Of a stretch of 64,000 nucleotides of DNA, positions 18,742-28,632 are shown piece by piece. The translations under genes were made by a program, and so were the position numbers. The stretch is from positions 15,272 to 79,271 of the forward strand of contig CAIVDM010000143.1 of NCBI GenBank assembly GCA_903904735.1, written 5' to 3'. The number at the start of each line of letters is the position of its first letter. Position 1 is the first letter of the stretch. The notes beneath the pieces are model-generated. The model was not told the DNA's origin. It did no database searches and worked only from the letters and a program-made list of their open reading frames with translations. Source of the stretch: an uncultured delta proteobacterium. Its GTDB lineage: Bacteria > Bdellovibrionota_C > UBA2361 > OMII01.

Positions 18742-20703
18742 CTATTTTTTTGTCGCCCTTGATGTCTCTACAAGCTGTACGATCTCCGCCACGACTCCTG
18801 GTTCGGCGAGGGTTGAGACATCGCCAACGGCTGAGTACTCCCCTTCCCCAATCTTGCGTAGAATACGACGCATAATCTTTCCCGATCGAGTTTTGGGAAG
18901 ACCCGCCACAAACCAGATGTGGTCTGGTGTCGCTATTGCGGAAATCACCTCACGAACCGTGGCGAGGATCTTAGTTCTTGTGTCATTCGTTGGCGAAAAG
19001 TCGGCGTGCAGCACACAAAACGCGGCGATGCCCTGCCCCTTTACATCATGCGGCACTCCAACCACCGCCGCCTCAGCGACAGCGCCTGAGCGAACAATGG
19101 CGCTTTCCACCTCTGCTGTGCCGAGCCTATGCCCCGCGACATTCAACACATCATCGACTCGTCCCGTGATCCAATAGTACCCATCCTCATCACGGCGACA
19201 CCCATCTCCGGTAAAGTACAGACCAGGGAACGTCGAAAAGTACGTCTGTCGGAACCGCTCATGGTCTCCATAGACGGTCCTCATCATCCCTGGCCATGGG
19301 AACCGAATACAGAGCCGACCGGTCACGCCATTCCCCAGAAGCTCTTTTCCCTGCTCATCGACGATGAGGGGTTGAACTCCAAAAAGTGGACGTGTCGCTG
19401 AGCCAGGCTTGGTGGGGATAGCCCCGGGCAACGGCGAAATCATCACTCCACCGGTTTCGGTCTGCCACCATGTATCGACGATAGGACATCGTCCCTCTCC
19501 TACCACTGAGTGATACCAGAGCCATGCGTCGGGGTTAATTGGCTCACCTACGGTACCTAGTAACCGAATAGAGTCGCGACAATAGCGAGTAACATACTCA
19601 TCGCCTTCCTTAGCGAGAGCTCGAATCGCGGTTGGGGCAGTGTATACAATCGTAGCCTTGTGACGCTCAACGATATCCCAATATCGACCCGCATCAGGAT
19701 AGGTCGGCACCGACTCAAACATGAGGGATGTAGCGCCATTTGAGAGGGGACCGTAAAGGACATAGGAGTGTCCCGTAATCCAGCCGATGTCTGCGGTGCA
19801 AAAGTGGACGTCGTCCTCTTGAAGGTCAAACACATAGCGGAATGTGTGGGTGGCGTATAACAAGTATCCAGCTGTTGTGTGCAGAACTCCTTTTGGTTTT
19901 CCCGTGGAACCACTGGTATAGAGGATGAACATCGGATCTTCCGAGTCCATGGGCTCAGGCGTCGAATCATCCGCGCCGCTCAGCCCAGCAAGCGCCTGGT
20001 GATACCACATGTCTCGATCTGGTCGCATATCACACGGGGCATCAGTGCGCTGAACAACAAGCACATTCCGAATGCTCGGGCATTCCTCCACCGCCACGTC
20101 AGCGGTTGCTTTTAGGGGAATAGTTTTCGAACCCCGAAGCCCTTCGTTAGCCGTGATGAGCAGAGAGCACCCACAGTCGTTAATTCGGTCGCGAAGCGCC
20201 TCAGCGGAGAAGCCAGCGAAAACCACGGTGTGTACCGCTCCGATTCGCGTGCATGCGAGCATGCAAACAGCGGCCTCGATGATCATGGGTAGGTAGATCG
20301 CGACACGGTCGCCCTTCTTGACACCTAAGCTTCGCAGGAGGGTCGTTGTTTCGCACACGGCTCGGTGTAGCTCTCGATATGTGATGGATCGAGTATCTCC
20401 AGGTTCGTTACCTTCCCAGATTAGCGCTATCTTATCTCCGCGCGTCGCTAGGTGACGGTCGAGACAGTTCTCGCTCACATTGAGCTTTCCGCCCTCAAAC
20501 CAACGGACGTCGGCGGTATGAAAATTCCAATCGAGAGTCTTGTGAAACGGGGCGCGCCATTCAAGAAGTTCCTGAGCCTGCTCCGCCCAAAATGCCTCCG
20601 GGTTCGAGAGGGAGCGCGCGTACATCTGCGCGTACTGAGAAGCGTTGACTCGAGTGCGAGAGAGCGTCTCGGGAGAAACGTTAAATACTGGACTATGTGA
20701 CAT
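18742..20703 (-). CDS. acs: Acetyl-CoA synthetase
   Basis: 653 aa with full-length Acs blocks: YTSGSTGKPKGV, WWQTETGG, YFTGDGCRRDEDGYYWITGRVDDV, PKTRSGKIMRR. Confidence 0.95.
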   Translation of the reverse strand: MSHSPVFNVSPETLSRTRVNASQYAQMYARSLSNPEAFWAEQAQELLEWRAPFHKTLDWNFHTADVRWFEGGKLNVSENCLDRHLATRGDKIALIWEGNEPGDTRSITYRELHRAVCETTTLLRSLGVKKGDRVAIYLPMIIEAAVCMLACTRIGAVHTVVFAGFSAEALRDRINDCGCSLLITANEGLRGSKTIPLKATADVAVEECPSIRNVLVVQRTDAPCDMRPDRDMWYHQALAGLSGADDSTPEPMDSEDPMFILYTSGSTGKPKGVLHTTAGYLLYATHTFRYVFDLQEDDVHFCTADIGWITGHSYVLYGPLSNGATSLMFESVPTYPDAGRYWDIVERHKATIVYTAPTAIRALAKEGDEYVTRYCRDSIRLLGTVGEPINPDAWLWYHSVVGEGRCPIVDTWWQTETGGVMISPLPGAIPTKPGSATRPLFGVQPLIVDEQGKELLGNGVTGRLCIRFPWPGMMRTVYGDHERFRQTYFSTFPGLYFTGDGCRRDEDGYYWITGRVDDVLNVAGHRLGTAEVESAIVRSGAVAEAAVVGVPHDVKGQGIAAFCVLHADFSPTNDTRTKILATVREVISAIATPDHIWFVAGLPKTRSGKIMRRILRKIGEGEYSAVGDVSTLAEPGVVAEIVQLVETSRATKK

Positions 20704-21352
20704 GGCATCCTCTCTCTTTTGGCTTTCGGTGACAGTCGGAGGTTAGCGGAAGATCTCTTATGCGTGAATCGTAAAAATGATGGCTTTACACCGCGACAGG
20801 ATGACCGATTGCAAGCACTTCCGAATCGAGCATGCCCCCTAAAGTTTGATCGTCCGTTCAGTGACCTAGAGCATATCGCATACATCCCCGCCCGCGTGGA
20901 GTTGCGCAAGCCCTGCGACAGGAGTGCTCTCTGTGATCTGCTCTTTTACTTCTACGTACTGATCACGTTATCGGCCACTTTCAGGTGTTGTATAGCCTGA
21001 GGGCGAACCTGGCTGAGCTTGTAGCTTCAGAGATTTGGCACTCCCAATCTCTGATATAAAACTCAACCACCTCCACCCTCGCAATCGCTTTAGTAGAGAA
21101 CTTTCGGGTGCATCCCGAACGGATACGCATATCCCCGCTCCCTCACAGCAAAATACGTCAAAGCTACTTTTACTTTGTCTAGTATTCAACGAGTCGATCT
21201 TCGACCGTTTGAGAGACTGTTCTATTTGGGATACCTATTCTCTTCCTTTTAGTGTCTCGCAACACCAGTGGTCAAAGTTCACTCGTTACATATGGGCACC
21301 TTACATGGGTAAGGTTTTTTAATAGGAAGGTTTTTCACAGGAGTATGTCGGA

Positions 21353-22135
21353 ATGACATTACAAGGATGCTACGGGACGAAAGTCACGGAGTCGCTGAAC
21401 CCAGTTCTTCGCTCGGTGCTCAACACCGAGATCAACAATCAAGTTGGAGAAGAGCTCTACCAGCTAGATCTTGAGCTTGAGCACACGGTGATGCCGTCGA
21501 ATGAGGCGCAGCCGTGTCAGACGCGTGAACGCGTGATCGACCAGGCGGTTATCATGATACTTACACTGCAGCTACCCGCTGGAGCGCTAAGTTATTTGGC
21601 TTCTCCTTCGCTCGAATGGGAGCTGATCATCGGCTGCTTTGTCAGTTTGGTGACTCTGAAATGGCTCGCCTCTTTAGTTGGCTCATCGTGGCGAACGAAC
21701 GTCATCATCGTGCTAGGCGCGGTGGTGGCGAATATCGTGACGGGAGTCATGTGCGGAGAGGTCCTACACTTTGTAGTGACCTTGCTTCACAGCTACTGGG
21801 GTCTGATGGAAGCGGCGGCGACGACCGCGGTTGGAATTTTCGTAGTCTCGTTCTACACCTCGTTTATTGGGGACATTCTCTATATCAAGAGAACCGCTAA
21901 GATGAGGCGCGAGATAACGACTGACGGAAAGACCATTATCGTCATCGACTCCCCTCGCTCACTCAGGGAGAGGGGACGCTTATGGCTCGTTTGGGGGCTT
22001 TCCACATCGGCGATCTGGTCTCCCCTCTACATCTTTTATTTGGTCGCCCGCTTGGTCGACTACATAACAGCGGTATTCCTGCTCGATTTTATCTGTGAGG
22101 TCTCCTACATGTGGATTGGACGCCGTCGTCGTTGA
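21353..22135 (+). CDS. Hypothetical multi-pass membrane protein
   Basis: Several hydrophobic segments. AGGAG lies about 11 nt upstream of the ATG. No known motif. Confidence 0.5.
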   Translation: MTLQGCYGTKVTESLNPVLRSVLNTEINNQVGEELYQLDLELEHTVMPSNEAQPCQTRERVIDQAVIMILTLQLPAGALSYLASPSLEWELIIGCFVSLVTLKWLASLVGSSWRTNVIIVLGAVVANIVTGVMCGEVLHFVVTLLHSYWGLMEAAATTAVGIFVVSFYTSFIGDILYIKRTAKMRREITTDGKTIIVIDSPRSLRERGRLWLVWGLSTSAIWSPLYIFYLVARLVDYITAVFLLDFICEVSYMWIGRRRR

Positions 22136-22260
22136 CGCCGTGTCCGCCACGAAGAGCTCCTTATATGATTTACCCCATGTAAGGAGCTCTCCACTCCTCG
22201 CAGCTTCCCCTTCGGTTAATACTTTTACCCTGTAACGCATTCGTCCCGTACGTTAGTCTC

Positions 22261-23643
22261 GTGTCCATGGATCAACACCGCACCATCATCGAGCCCTTTA
22301 AGATTCGAACCGTCGAGCCCCTTACCGTCATGACGCGTAAGGAACGAGAACCGCTGCTCGCTGAGGCCGGTTACAACCTTTTCATGTTGCCCGCAAAATA
22401 TGTGACGTTCGATTTTCTTACTGACTCTGGGACAACGGCGATGAGCAGCGCTCAAATGGCGGCGATGATGGTGTCTGATGAGTCGTACGCGGGATCTCGA
22501 AGCTTCGCGCGCTTTGAGGCGGTGGTTCGCTCGCTGACTGGGCACACTTTCGTTATCCCTACGCATCAAGGTCGAGCGGCGGAGCGAATCTTATGCGCGG
22601 CGCTCGTGAAGCCAGGAATGAAGATACCGTCCAATAATCATTTCGACACGACGCGAGCGAATATCGAGTACGTTGGCGCGGAAGCCGTAGATCTGGTGGT
22701 GCCGGAAGGAAGAGCTCCCTCTTCGACGTTCCCATTTAAGGGCAATATCGACCTTGAGCGTTTAAGGGTGTTCTTGCAAGAGAATCGAGGGACGGTCCCC
22801 TTCGGCATGATTACACTCACCAACAACACAGGCGGAGGACAACCTGCTTCCCTTCAGAATATCCGAGAGGTCTCGAAGCTATACAAGGAGTTCGGCGTAC
22901 CCTTCATCATCGACGCATGCCGTTTCGCCGAGAACGCCTATCTCATTAAACAACGCGAGCCGCAGTGTCACGATCGCACAGCGCGAGACATCGCTATGGA
23001 GATATTCTCCTTGGCGGACGGCTGCTATATGAGCGGCAAGAAGGATGCCCTCGTTAATATTGGCGGGTTCATAGCCCTTCACGACAAGACGTGGGTGGAG
23101 CAACTCCGCTCGTTGTTGATTCTTACCGAGGGCTTTCCAACATATGGCGGCCTCGCGGCGCGCGACTTGGAGGCAATGGCTGTGGGGCTCGAAGAGGTGC
23201 TCGACGAGAAGTACCTGTCGTATCGAATCTCTGTGACCCGCTATATGGCAGAAGGGTTGAATAGACTTGGCGTGCCAACACTTCAACCTCCCGGCGGGCA
23301 CGCGGTGTACATCGACGCTAAGGCGTTTTTACCCCACATCCCACCACATGAGTTTCCTGGACAGTCGTTAGTGTGCGAGCTCTACCTGGCAGAAGGTGTT
23401 CGATCATGTGAAATCGGATCGTCGATGTTCGGTAAGCGGACTGCGCAGGGAGATTTCATTCCCGCGTCCATGGAGCTAGTGCGACTCGCTTTTCCGCGCC
23501 GAGTTTACACGCAAAGTCACTTCGATTATATTCTGGAAGGCATAAGCGAGGTGGTGTCGCGCAAAGAAAGCCTTAGAGGCTTGAAGCTTGAGTATGACCC
23601 ACCTTTTCTGCGTCACTTTACAGCACGATTCTCTCTCTTGTGA
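22261..23643 (+). CDS. Beta-eliminating lyase: tryptophanase / tyrosine phenol-lyase family (PLP-dependent)
   Basis: Collinear with remembered E. coli TnaA: EPFKIRTVEP, LTDSGT, IPTHQGRAAE, DACRFAENAYLIKQRE, MSGKKDALV (PLP Lys), FPTYGGL. Substrate (Trp or Tyr) is not decidable by eye. GTG at 22261 or ATG at 22267. Confidence 0.9.
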   Translation: MSMDQHRTIIEPFKIRTVEPLTVMTRKEREPLLAEAGYNLFMLPAKYVTFDFLTDSGTTAMSSAQMAAMMVSDESYAGSRSFARFEAVVRSLTGHTFVIPTHQGRAAERILCAALVKPGMKIPSNNHFDTTRANIEYVGAEAVDLVVPEGRAPSSTFPFKGNIDLERLRVFLQENRGTVPFGMITLTNNTGGGQPASLQNIREVSKLYKEFGVPFIIDACRFAENAYLIKQREPQCHDRTARDIAMEIFSLADGCYMSGKKDALVNIGGFIALHDKTWVEQLRSLLILTEGFPTYGGLAARDLEAMAVGLEEVLDEKYLSYRISVTRYMAEGLNRLGVPTLQPPGGHAVYIDAKAFLPHIPPHEFPGQSLVCELYLAEGVRSCEIGSSMFGKRTAQGDFIPASMELVRLAFPRRVYTQSHFDYILEGISEVVSRKESLRGLKLEYDPPFLRHFTARFSLL

Positions 23644-23711
23644 CCTGCGCGCCCTGATATCGTCAGGAGGCCGCGTAAAATAGTCATAAGAAGCAAGGAC
23701 TTGATGCCCTG

Positions 23712-23743
23712 AAGCAAAACCCCCATTTCCATGGATATGGGGG
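23712..23743 (-). terminator. Putative intrinsic terminator, a near-perfect 24-nt palindrome
   Basis: On the minus strand CCCCCATATCCATGGAAATGGGGG is followed by TTTTGCTT. It lies between the convergent lyase and bioD genes. Confidence 0.5.
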
Positions 23744-23911
23744 TGAGTACGCAACGCTTAAGAGACATCTTTCCGGCGGGTTTCCATGTTTACACACGCA
23801 ATGGTTCTGAAGACCTTAATCGTATACCTCTTCGTCAAGGCGACTATTTTCACCCCTATCGCCGTCGCTGGAGTTATCTCCTGGTGGGCTGAGCGACAAG
23901 GTCAAGAGGAC

Positions 23912-24532
23912 TCAGATTCCGACGGATTCAAAGCTGTTAGCTAGGGTCATTACGGCAACGCTATTCACCTCTTTGAGCTGAGGGATACGACCGATAACCG
24001 GTACCGAGGAAAGTTTCACTATAATACGCTCACTGTCCGGCAGTTCTTCACCATTAAAGACAATTCCAGCGATACGCGCGTTTCGAGAGCGCAAAGCCTG
24101 CACTGTAAGAAGGGTGTGGTTGATGCTGCCTAAGTAGTGCCGTGAGACGACAACCACCGGCAAGTTCAGCTGTTCGATAAGATCCAGATTCGTGTGGGAG
24201 TCATTGAGCGGCACAGCCACGCCTCCAGCGAGCTCCACGACGATAGGCCTTGTATGCGCGGGCAAAGTCAACTTCGCAAGCTCTATCTGATCAGAGTCCA
24301 TCGCGGCTGCTATGTGCGGCGAGAAGCTTTTCGTAAAACTGTATGGAGTTGGTAGTATACGACTTACGCCACCGCTTAAAAGTTCAGCCACTCTCTTATC
24401 GTCAGTAGGCCCATCCTCACTACCACTCGCCACTGGTTTCCAGTAATCAGCCTCTAAGACCTCACATAGAACGGCCGCGACAAGCGTCTTGCCGATTTCA
24501 GTGCCTATACCGGCGACGACTACTCCTCGCAT
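23912..24532 (-). CDS. bioD: Dethiobiotin synthetase
   Basis: N-terminal P-loop MRGVVVAGIGTEIGKT and BioD-like length. The track ORF starts at GTG 24553. Confidence 0.85.
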   Translation of the reverse strand: MRGVVVAGIGTEIGKTLVAAVLCEVLEADYWKPVASGSEDGPTDDKRVAELLSGGVSRILPTPYSFTKSFSPHIAAAMDSDQIELAKLTLPAHTRPIVVELAGGVAVPLNDSHTNLDLIEQLNLPVVVVSRHYLGSINHTLLTVQALRSRNARIAGIVFNGEELPDSERIIVKLSSVPVIGRIPQLKEVNSVAVMTLANSFESVGI

Positions 24533-24579
24533 GGACTTACCCCGCGCCTCCACTTGGACGTTCCTTACACCTATTGGAG

Positions 24580-25455
24580 CTAGAACGCCTGATAGCGTAG
24601 CGCTGGCGATGCGCCGCTCAAGAGCGAGGGCAGCGATGAAGCTGAACGAATAAGCTTCTCCCAGATCTCTCGCTTCTTGTCCCGATAGACGAGATTTGGA
24701 AGTTGCTCTTTCTCTAGTGTTACGTTCGCCAACTTGAGAGCCTCTCTGGCAGCGTCATAAATATCGCCGAACTCATCGACTAAGCCGAGCGCCTTTGCCT
24801 CGTGCCCCAACAGCACTCTACCATCGGCGAACTCCCGCACCTTCGCCTCGGGGAGCTTGCGTCCATCCACGACCGCGTTAATGAAGAGCGAATGAACTCG
24901 AGCCGCTGTATCTTGCAGAAACTTCTTCTCGTCTTCGGTCATGGGGCGAAACTGATTTCCGACATCCTTTAAGGCTCCGCTCTTGACTGTTACCATCTGA
25001 ACACCAACCTTATCGGCTATCGACGTAAAGTTAGGGATTTGCATAATGACGCCGATCGAACCGGTTTGGGTTCCTGGCTGACAGAAAATCTTACTGGCTC
25101 CTAGAGCGGAGTATAGACCGCCGGATGCCGCCATCGAGCCCATCGACACCACGATAGGCTTCTCCGCCTTTAGTCTCCTTACGGCGTTGTATATCTCTTC
25201 TGACGGGGCAACGGCGCCACCGGGCGAATCAACCCTGAGAACGATTGCTTTAGTCTCCTTATTCCGCGCCTCTTCGTATAAGGCCTTAAGGATGTCAGTG
25301 GAGTCCTCAATAGGCCCCTCTAGTTCGACAACGGCAACTCGTGGACCAGCAAGACCGCCCGCAGCGGCTCCAACACCAGCCAAAGCCATGAGCCCAATCA
25401 CGAAAAGCACCGTAATTGTGAGAATTTTCGCTAGCCAAACTTTGTACTCATTCAT
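24580..25455 (-). CDS. sppA: Signal peptide peptidase SppA (36K type, S49)
   Basis: N-terminal TM segment, DSPGG block, MAASGGLY (Ser nucleophile context), LGLVDE. Confidence 0.85.
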   Translation of the reverse strand: MNEYKVWLAKILTITVLFVIGLMALAGVGAAAGGLAGPRVAVVELEGPIEDSTDILKALYEEARNKETKAIVLRVDSPGGAVAPSEEIYNAVRRLKAEKPIVVSMGSMAASGGLYSALGASKIFCQPGTQTGSIGVIMQIPNFTSIADKVGVQMVTVKSGALKDVGNQFRPMTEDEKKFLQDTAARVHSLFINAVVDGRKLPEAKVREFADGRVLLGHEAKALGLVDEFGDIYDAAREALKLANVTLEKEQLPNLVYRDKKREIWEKLIRSASSLPSLLSGASPALRYQAF

Positions 25456-25608
25456 AGAGGTGATTCCTACCTGGACCGTTATACCGCCCGAAGTCTACCC
25501 CGCCTCGCCAAGCCCGTACACTATGAAAACGCCCTTCGAAGCCCCTTCCTCAAACCGATTTTTCGGGCGATGATATTCAACTTGACGTCGTTATGCGGCT
25601 TTCCCATC

Positions 25609-26190
25609 ATGGACACTATGATCTCTCAAATACTCTCCGACTCGGCCAACCTTAAGTCCACACTCAGCGTCAGCACAGAGTTCACGGAGAGTGTTGGGAA
25701 AGCGGCAGAGGCTCTATTTGCCGTAGTTAAGTCTGGCGGAACTGTTTACGCCTGTGGAAATGGCGGTTCAACCTGTGACGCCATGCACCTCTGCGAGGAG
25801 CTCGTCGCCCGTTACAAGCGAAACCGTCCCGGAATCCGAGCGATGCACTTCATGGACCCCTCGTTTTTGACCTGTTGGGGTAATGACTTCTCCCTTGAGG
25901 ACGCCTTTAGGCGAGCAGCGGAGACATTCTGCACCGACAAGGATGTCCTGATAGCGATCTCCACGTCAGGTAACTCAAAAAATGTGATTCATGCCGTCCA
26001 TGCGGCTAAAAGCAAAGGCTCTAAGGTAATTGGTCTCCTTGGCAGAGATGGAGGAGCGTTGGCTCCCCTGGTGGACATCCCTATTGTTGTACCGGCTTCC
26101 GCCACTGAGCGGATTCAAGAGGTCCACATAACGGTTATACATATCTGGTGCGAGCTGCTAGAGACCCACTACGGTCTTGCTCAGTCGTAG
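25609..26190 (+). CDS. gmhA: SIS-domain protein, phosphoheptose isomerase (GmhA)-like
   Basis: GNGGSTCDAMHLCEEL and ISTSGNSKNV blocks. Start uncertain; the track ORF begins at 25570. Confidence 0.7.
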   Translation: MDTMISQILSDSANLKSTLSVSTEFTESVGKAAEALFAVVKSGGTVYACGNGGSTCDAMHLCEELVARYKRNRPGIRAMHFMDPSFLTCWGNDFSLEDAFRRAAETFCTDKDVLIAISTSGNSKNVIHAVHAAKSKGSKVIGLLGRDGGALAPLVDIPIVVPASATERIQEVHITVIHIWCELLETHYGLAQS

Positions 26191-26203
26191 CTCCTACTCC
26201 GCA

Positions 26204-27256
26204 CTAGGAGGACGCCGTCATAAGTAGGTCGTCAATTCTGGCTTCATTCAATGAGAACGCCGCTTGTACGGTCTTCGCTCGCCGCAAGTAGAGGTGAAGA
26301 GGATACTCCCAGGTGAACCCAATCCCCCCATGACACTGAATCGCGGTCTCGCAAATCTTAGGCGCGACATCGGCTGCCATTGATATCGCGGCGCGGGCCG
26401 TGAGATGACGCTGATCTGGAGCATGACAACACGCCCACACAGCGAACCTGCTTAAACTCGATAGCGCCTCGCACGACGCATAGGCGTCAGCAAGTTTGTG
26501 TTGGATGGCTTGAAATGATCCGATCGGTCTTCCAAACTGCTCGCGTGTCTTGGCGTAATCCACCGACATTTCGATTGCTCGCGCGCACAGTCCGGCAGCC
26601 TCTGATGCCTTGATAGCCTCACATGCATCCTCTAAGGCTTGAGACGTCTCACTGCAGAGCACTAACGTCGGCACTGAGACGCACTCAACTCGACACATAG
26701 GCTGAGTGAGGTCTAGCGACTCTATCTGCGAGACTCGCACTCCTGGTTCTGAGGTTCGGAACACGACGCACCGACGCCCAGCCTTCGTGTCGGCAAAAGC
26801 TATGATTCTCTCCGCGTCATCGCATCCAGGGCTCCAATGAATGAATCCATCCACCCGATCCGCGCGTTCATGAAGAGAGAGAGAACAGCACTGATTGGGT
26901 GCGATAGTCGAGCGACTTGCTTTCAGCTCAGTCTCAAATCGCGTGCGCTCAGTGGCGGTCATCAGCGAAGGAAGGATTCCATCCACTAGCAAACGTTCGG
27001 GAAGCGCCTGTGGGAAAAGCGCCCTTCCGCACTCCATGGCGAGAATCCCAAGCTCTTCGATCCCAAATACCCTAGAATCCCCGACAAATCCCTCATACAC
27101 CCCGAGCTCACGAAGCGCGTCTAGTAGCGTAGGATCGTGCCTTCTAGTGGCGGCAACCCACCCACGGAGATACTCCGCGGAAACTCGCTCCCCTAAAAAA
27201 CCCTTCAAATGCTCCTGAAACTCGACTTGATCGGGGGAAAGTTTCATCGGTATCAC
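26204..27256 (-). CDS. Acyl-CoA dehydrogenase family protein (short, 350 aa)
   Basis: ACAD C-terminal blocks: REQFGRPIGSFQAIQHKLAD, QCHGGIGFTWEYPLHLYLRR. Confidence 0.8.
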   Translation of the reverse strand: MIPMKLSPDQVEFQEHLKGFLGERVSAEYLRGWVAATRRHDPTLLDALRELGVYEGFVGDSRVFGIEELGILAMECGRALFPQALPERLLVDGILPSLMTATERTRFETELKASRSTIAPNQCCSLSLHERADRVDGFIHWSPGCDDAERIIAFADTKAGRRCVVFRTSEPGVRVSQIESLDLTQPMCRVECVSVPTLVLCSETSQALEDACEAIKASEAAGLCARAIEMSVDYAKTREQFGRPIGSFQAIQHKLADAYASCEALSSLSRFAVWACCHAPDQRHLTARAAISMAADVAPKICETAIQCHGGIGFTWEYPLHLYLRRAKTVQAAFSLNEARIDDLLMTASS

Positions 27257-27567
27257 ATCATTCCAAGTAGACCCTTTACCTCATCCGACGCCTCCCATGG
27301 AGGTTGAAAGGTTATGTTAACCACAACCTCTTGAACGCCGGGGACTGCCCCTACCTTCTGCTGAACCTCATGTTTAAGCTGCGGACCAGCGGGACACATA
27401 GGGGATGTGAACGTCATGTCTATGACTACTTGGTTACCATCTATCCCAATATTGTAGATGAGCCCGAGGAACCAGATATCAAGAAACAACTCGGGATCCT
27501 CGACACTCTTAAGGGCCTCTATGATCGCGTCACGAGATGGGGGCTGAGATGAAATCGCATCGTTCAT
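27253..27567 (-). CDS. DUF59/SufT-like Fe-S assembly protein
   Basis: VEDPELFLDIWFLGLIY...MTFTSPMCPAG...FQPPW pattern. 4-nt overlap with the downstream ACAD gene. Confidence 0.8.
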   Translation of the reverse strand: MNDAISSQPPSRDAIIEALKSVEDPELFLDIWFLGLIYNIGIDGNQVVIDMTFTSPMCPAGPQLKHEVQQKVGAVPGVQEVVVNITFQPPWEASDEVKGLLGMM

Positions 27568-27648
27568 GGTAAGAGTCTATCCCGCAATTCAGGGGGGATA
27601 CAAGCACGACGCGCAGCTGACGGTTCGGGTGATTAAGCCGATAGGAAT

Positions 27649-27678
27649 AAAAAAAACGCGGGGCACATAGGCCCCGCG
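27649..27678 (-). terminator. Rho-independent terminator of the HU-like gene
   Basis: On the minus strand: CGCGGGGC-CTATGT-GCCCCGCG followed by T8, about 35 nt after the stop codon. Confidence 0.85.
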
Positions 27679-27712
27679 TGCACAAGTTATCGCTACGATA
27701 ACTACAGAGAGA

Positions 27713-28153
27713 CTACAACACTCTCTCCTTAAGTGCCTTGGCAGCGGTGAACTTCACACGCTTCCTCTTCGGGATGTTGATAACCTCGCCAGTAGCGGGG
27801 TTACGTCCCTGACGAGCCTTCGACTCGCGAACGTAGAGCTTCCCGAGACCCATCAACGGAACCTTGTATCCGCGCTTCAGGGAATCCATTACGAAAGAGG
27901 CGATATCGTCAACAAGCTCACGAGCCTGTGAACGCTTCGTCAAACCACAGAACGCGCGGATGTTCTCAACAAACTCCGACTGAGTATAGCTGAGGGTTGA
28001 AGTATTGCGAGGCTTGCTAGAAACGCGAGCCTTCGAGGTTGATGCAGCGGCAACCATCTTTGGGGACTTAGCCGGAGCCTTCTTCACTGGCTTTGCAACC
28101 TTCTTTGCAACCTTTTTTGCCTTCTTCGCTAACTTCGCAGGCTTCTTTGCCAT
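27713..28153 (-). CDS. HU/IHF-family DNA-binding protein with a histone-H1-like Lys/Ala/Pro-rich N-terminal tail
   Basis: The C-terminal roughly 90 aa is an HU fold (GLGKLYVRESKARQGRNPATGEVINIPKRKRVKF). The N-terminus reads MAKKPAKLAKKAKKVAKKVAKPVKKAPAKSPK. Confidence 0.85.
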   Translation of the reverse strand: MAKKPAKLAKKAKKVAKKVAKPVKKAPAKSPKMVAAASTSKARVSSKPRNTSTLSYTQSEFVENIRAFCGLTKRSQARELVDDIASFVMDSLKRGYKVPLMGLGKLYVRESKARQGRNPATGEVINIPKRKRVKFTAAKALKERVL

Positions 28154-28632
28154 ACGTATATCTCCTAAACAGATTGGTAATTACTACCGATTTATCGCAC
28201 TGTCGTCAGTCACGATACGTTCCTGACCGTGCAGTCTTCATCGATTTTGCGCCTATTTTCGAGCAGTTTTTGAGGTTGCTCTCACTTGGCGATCGCAGTC
28301 GAATCAGAACAAGAGCGATGATAATGACACTTTTGTGCATAGAGCAATAATATTTTTTGATGGACCGCGTGAAAAAAGCGCGGAATACCACGCCAAAATG
28401 GGCTCTTTTAGGCATCGCTCCCCAACCCTCCTGATGCGGATCATAGAATTCGTCGATTATGATGCCGTTCTCGCGCGGTTCTGCTTCTCAAGGCGCGGGC
28501 CTGAAATCTGTCTTGTTTTCGGGGAAATTTAGAAGACGGAGCCTCGGGCGCTAGGCTTTAAGAAACCCTAGCCGCGTTCACCGCCAGGAGGTAGACGACT
28601 AGAAAAGGTTAGCTCGTAGCGTAGCTAATACC

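Noticed and set aside
28154-28632. Possible small RNA (SRP/6S-like) or CRISPR-like structure in the long region upstream of the HU-like gene
   Set aside because: It contains only short isolated hairpins (CCGCG...CGCGG, GCTAGG...CCTAGC). There is no conserved SRP domain IV sequence, no repeat-spacer periodicity and no tRNA-like ends. I treat it as promoter/leader.
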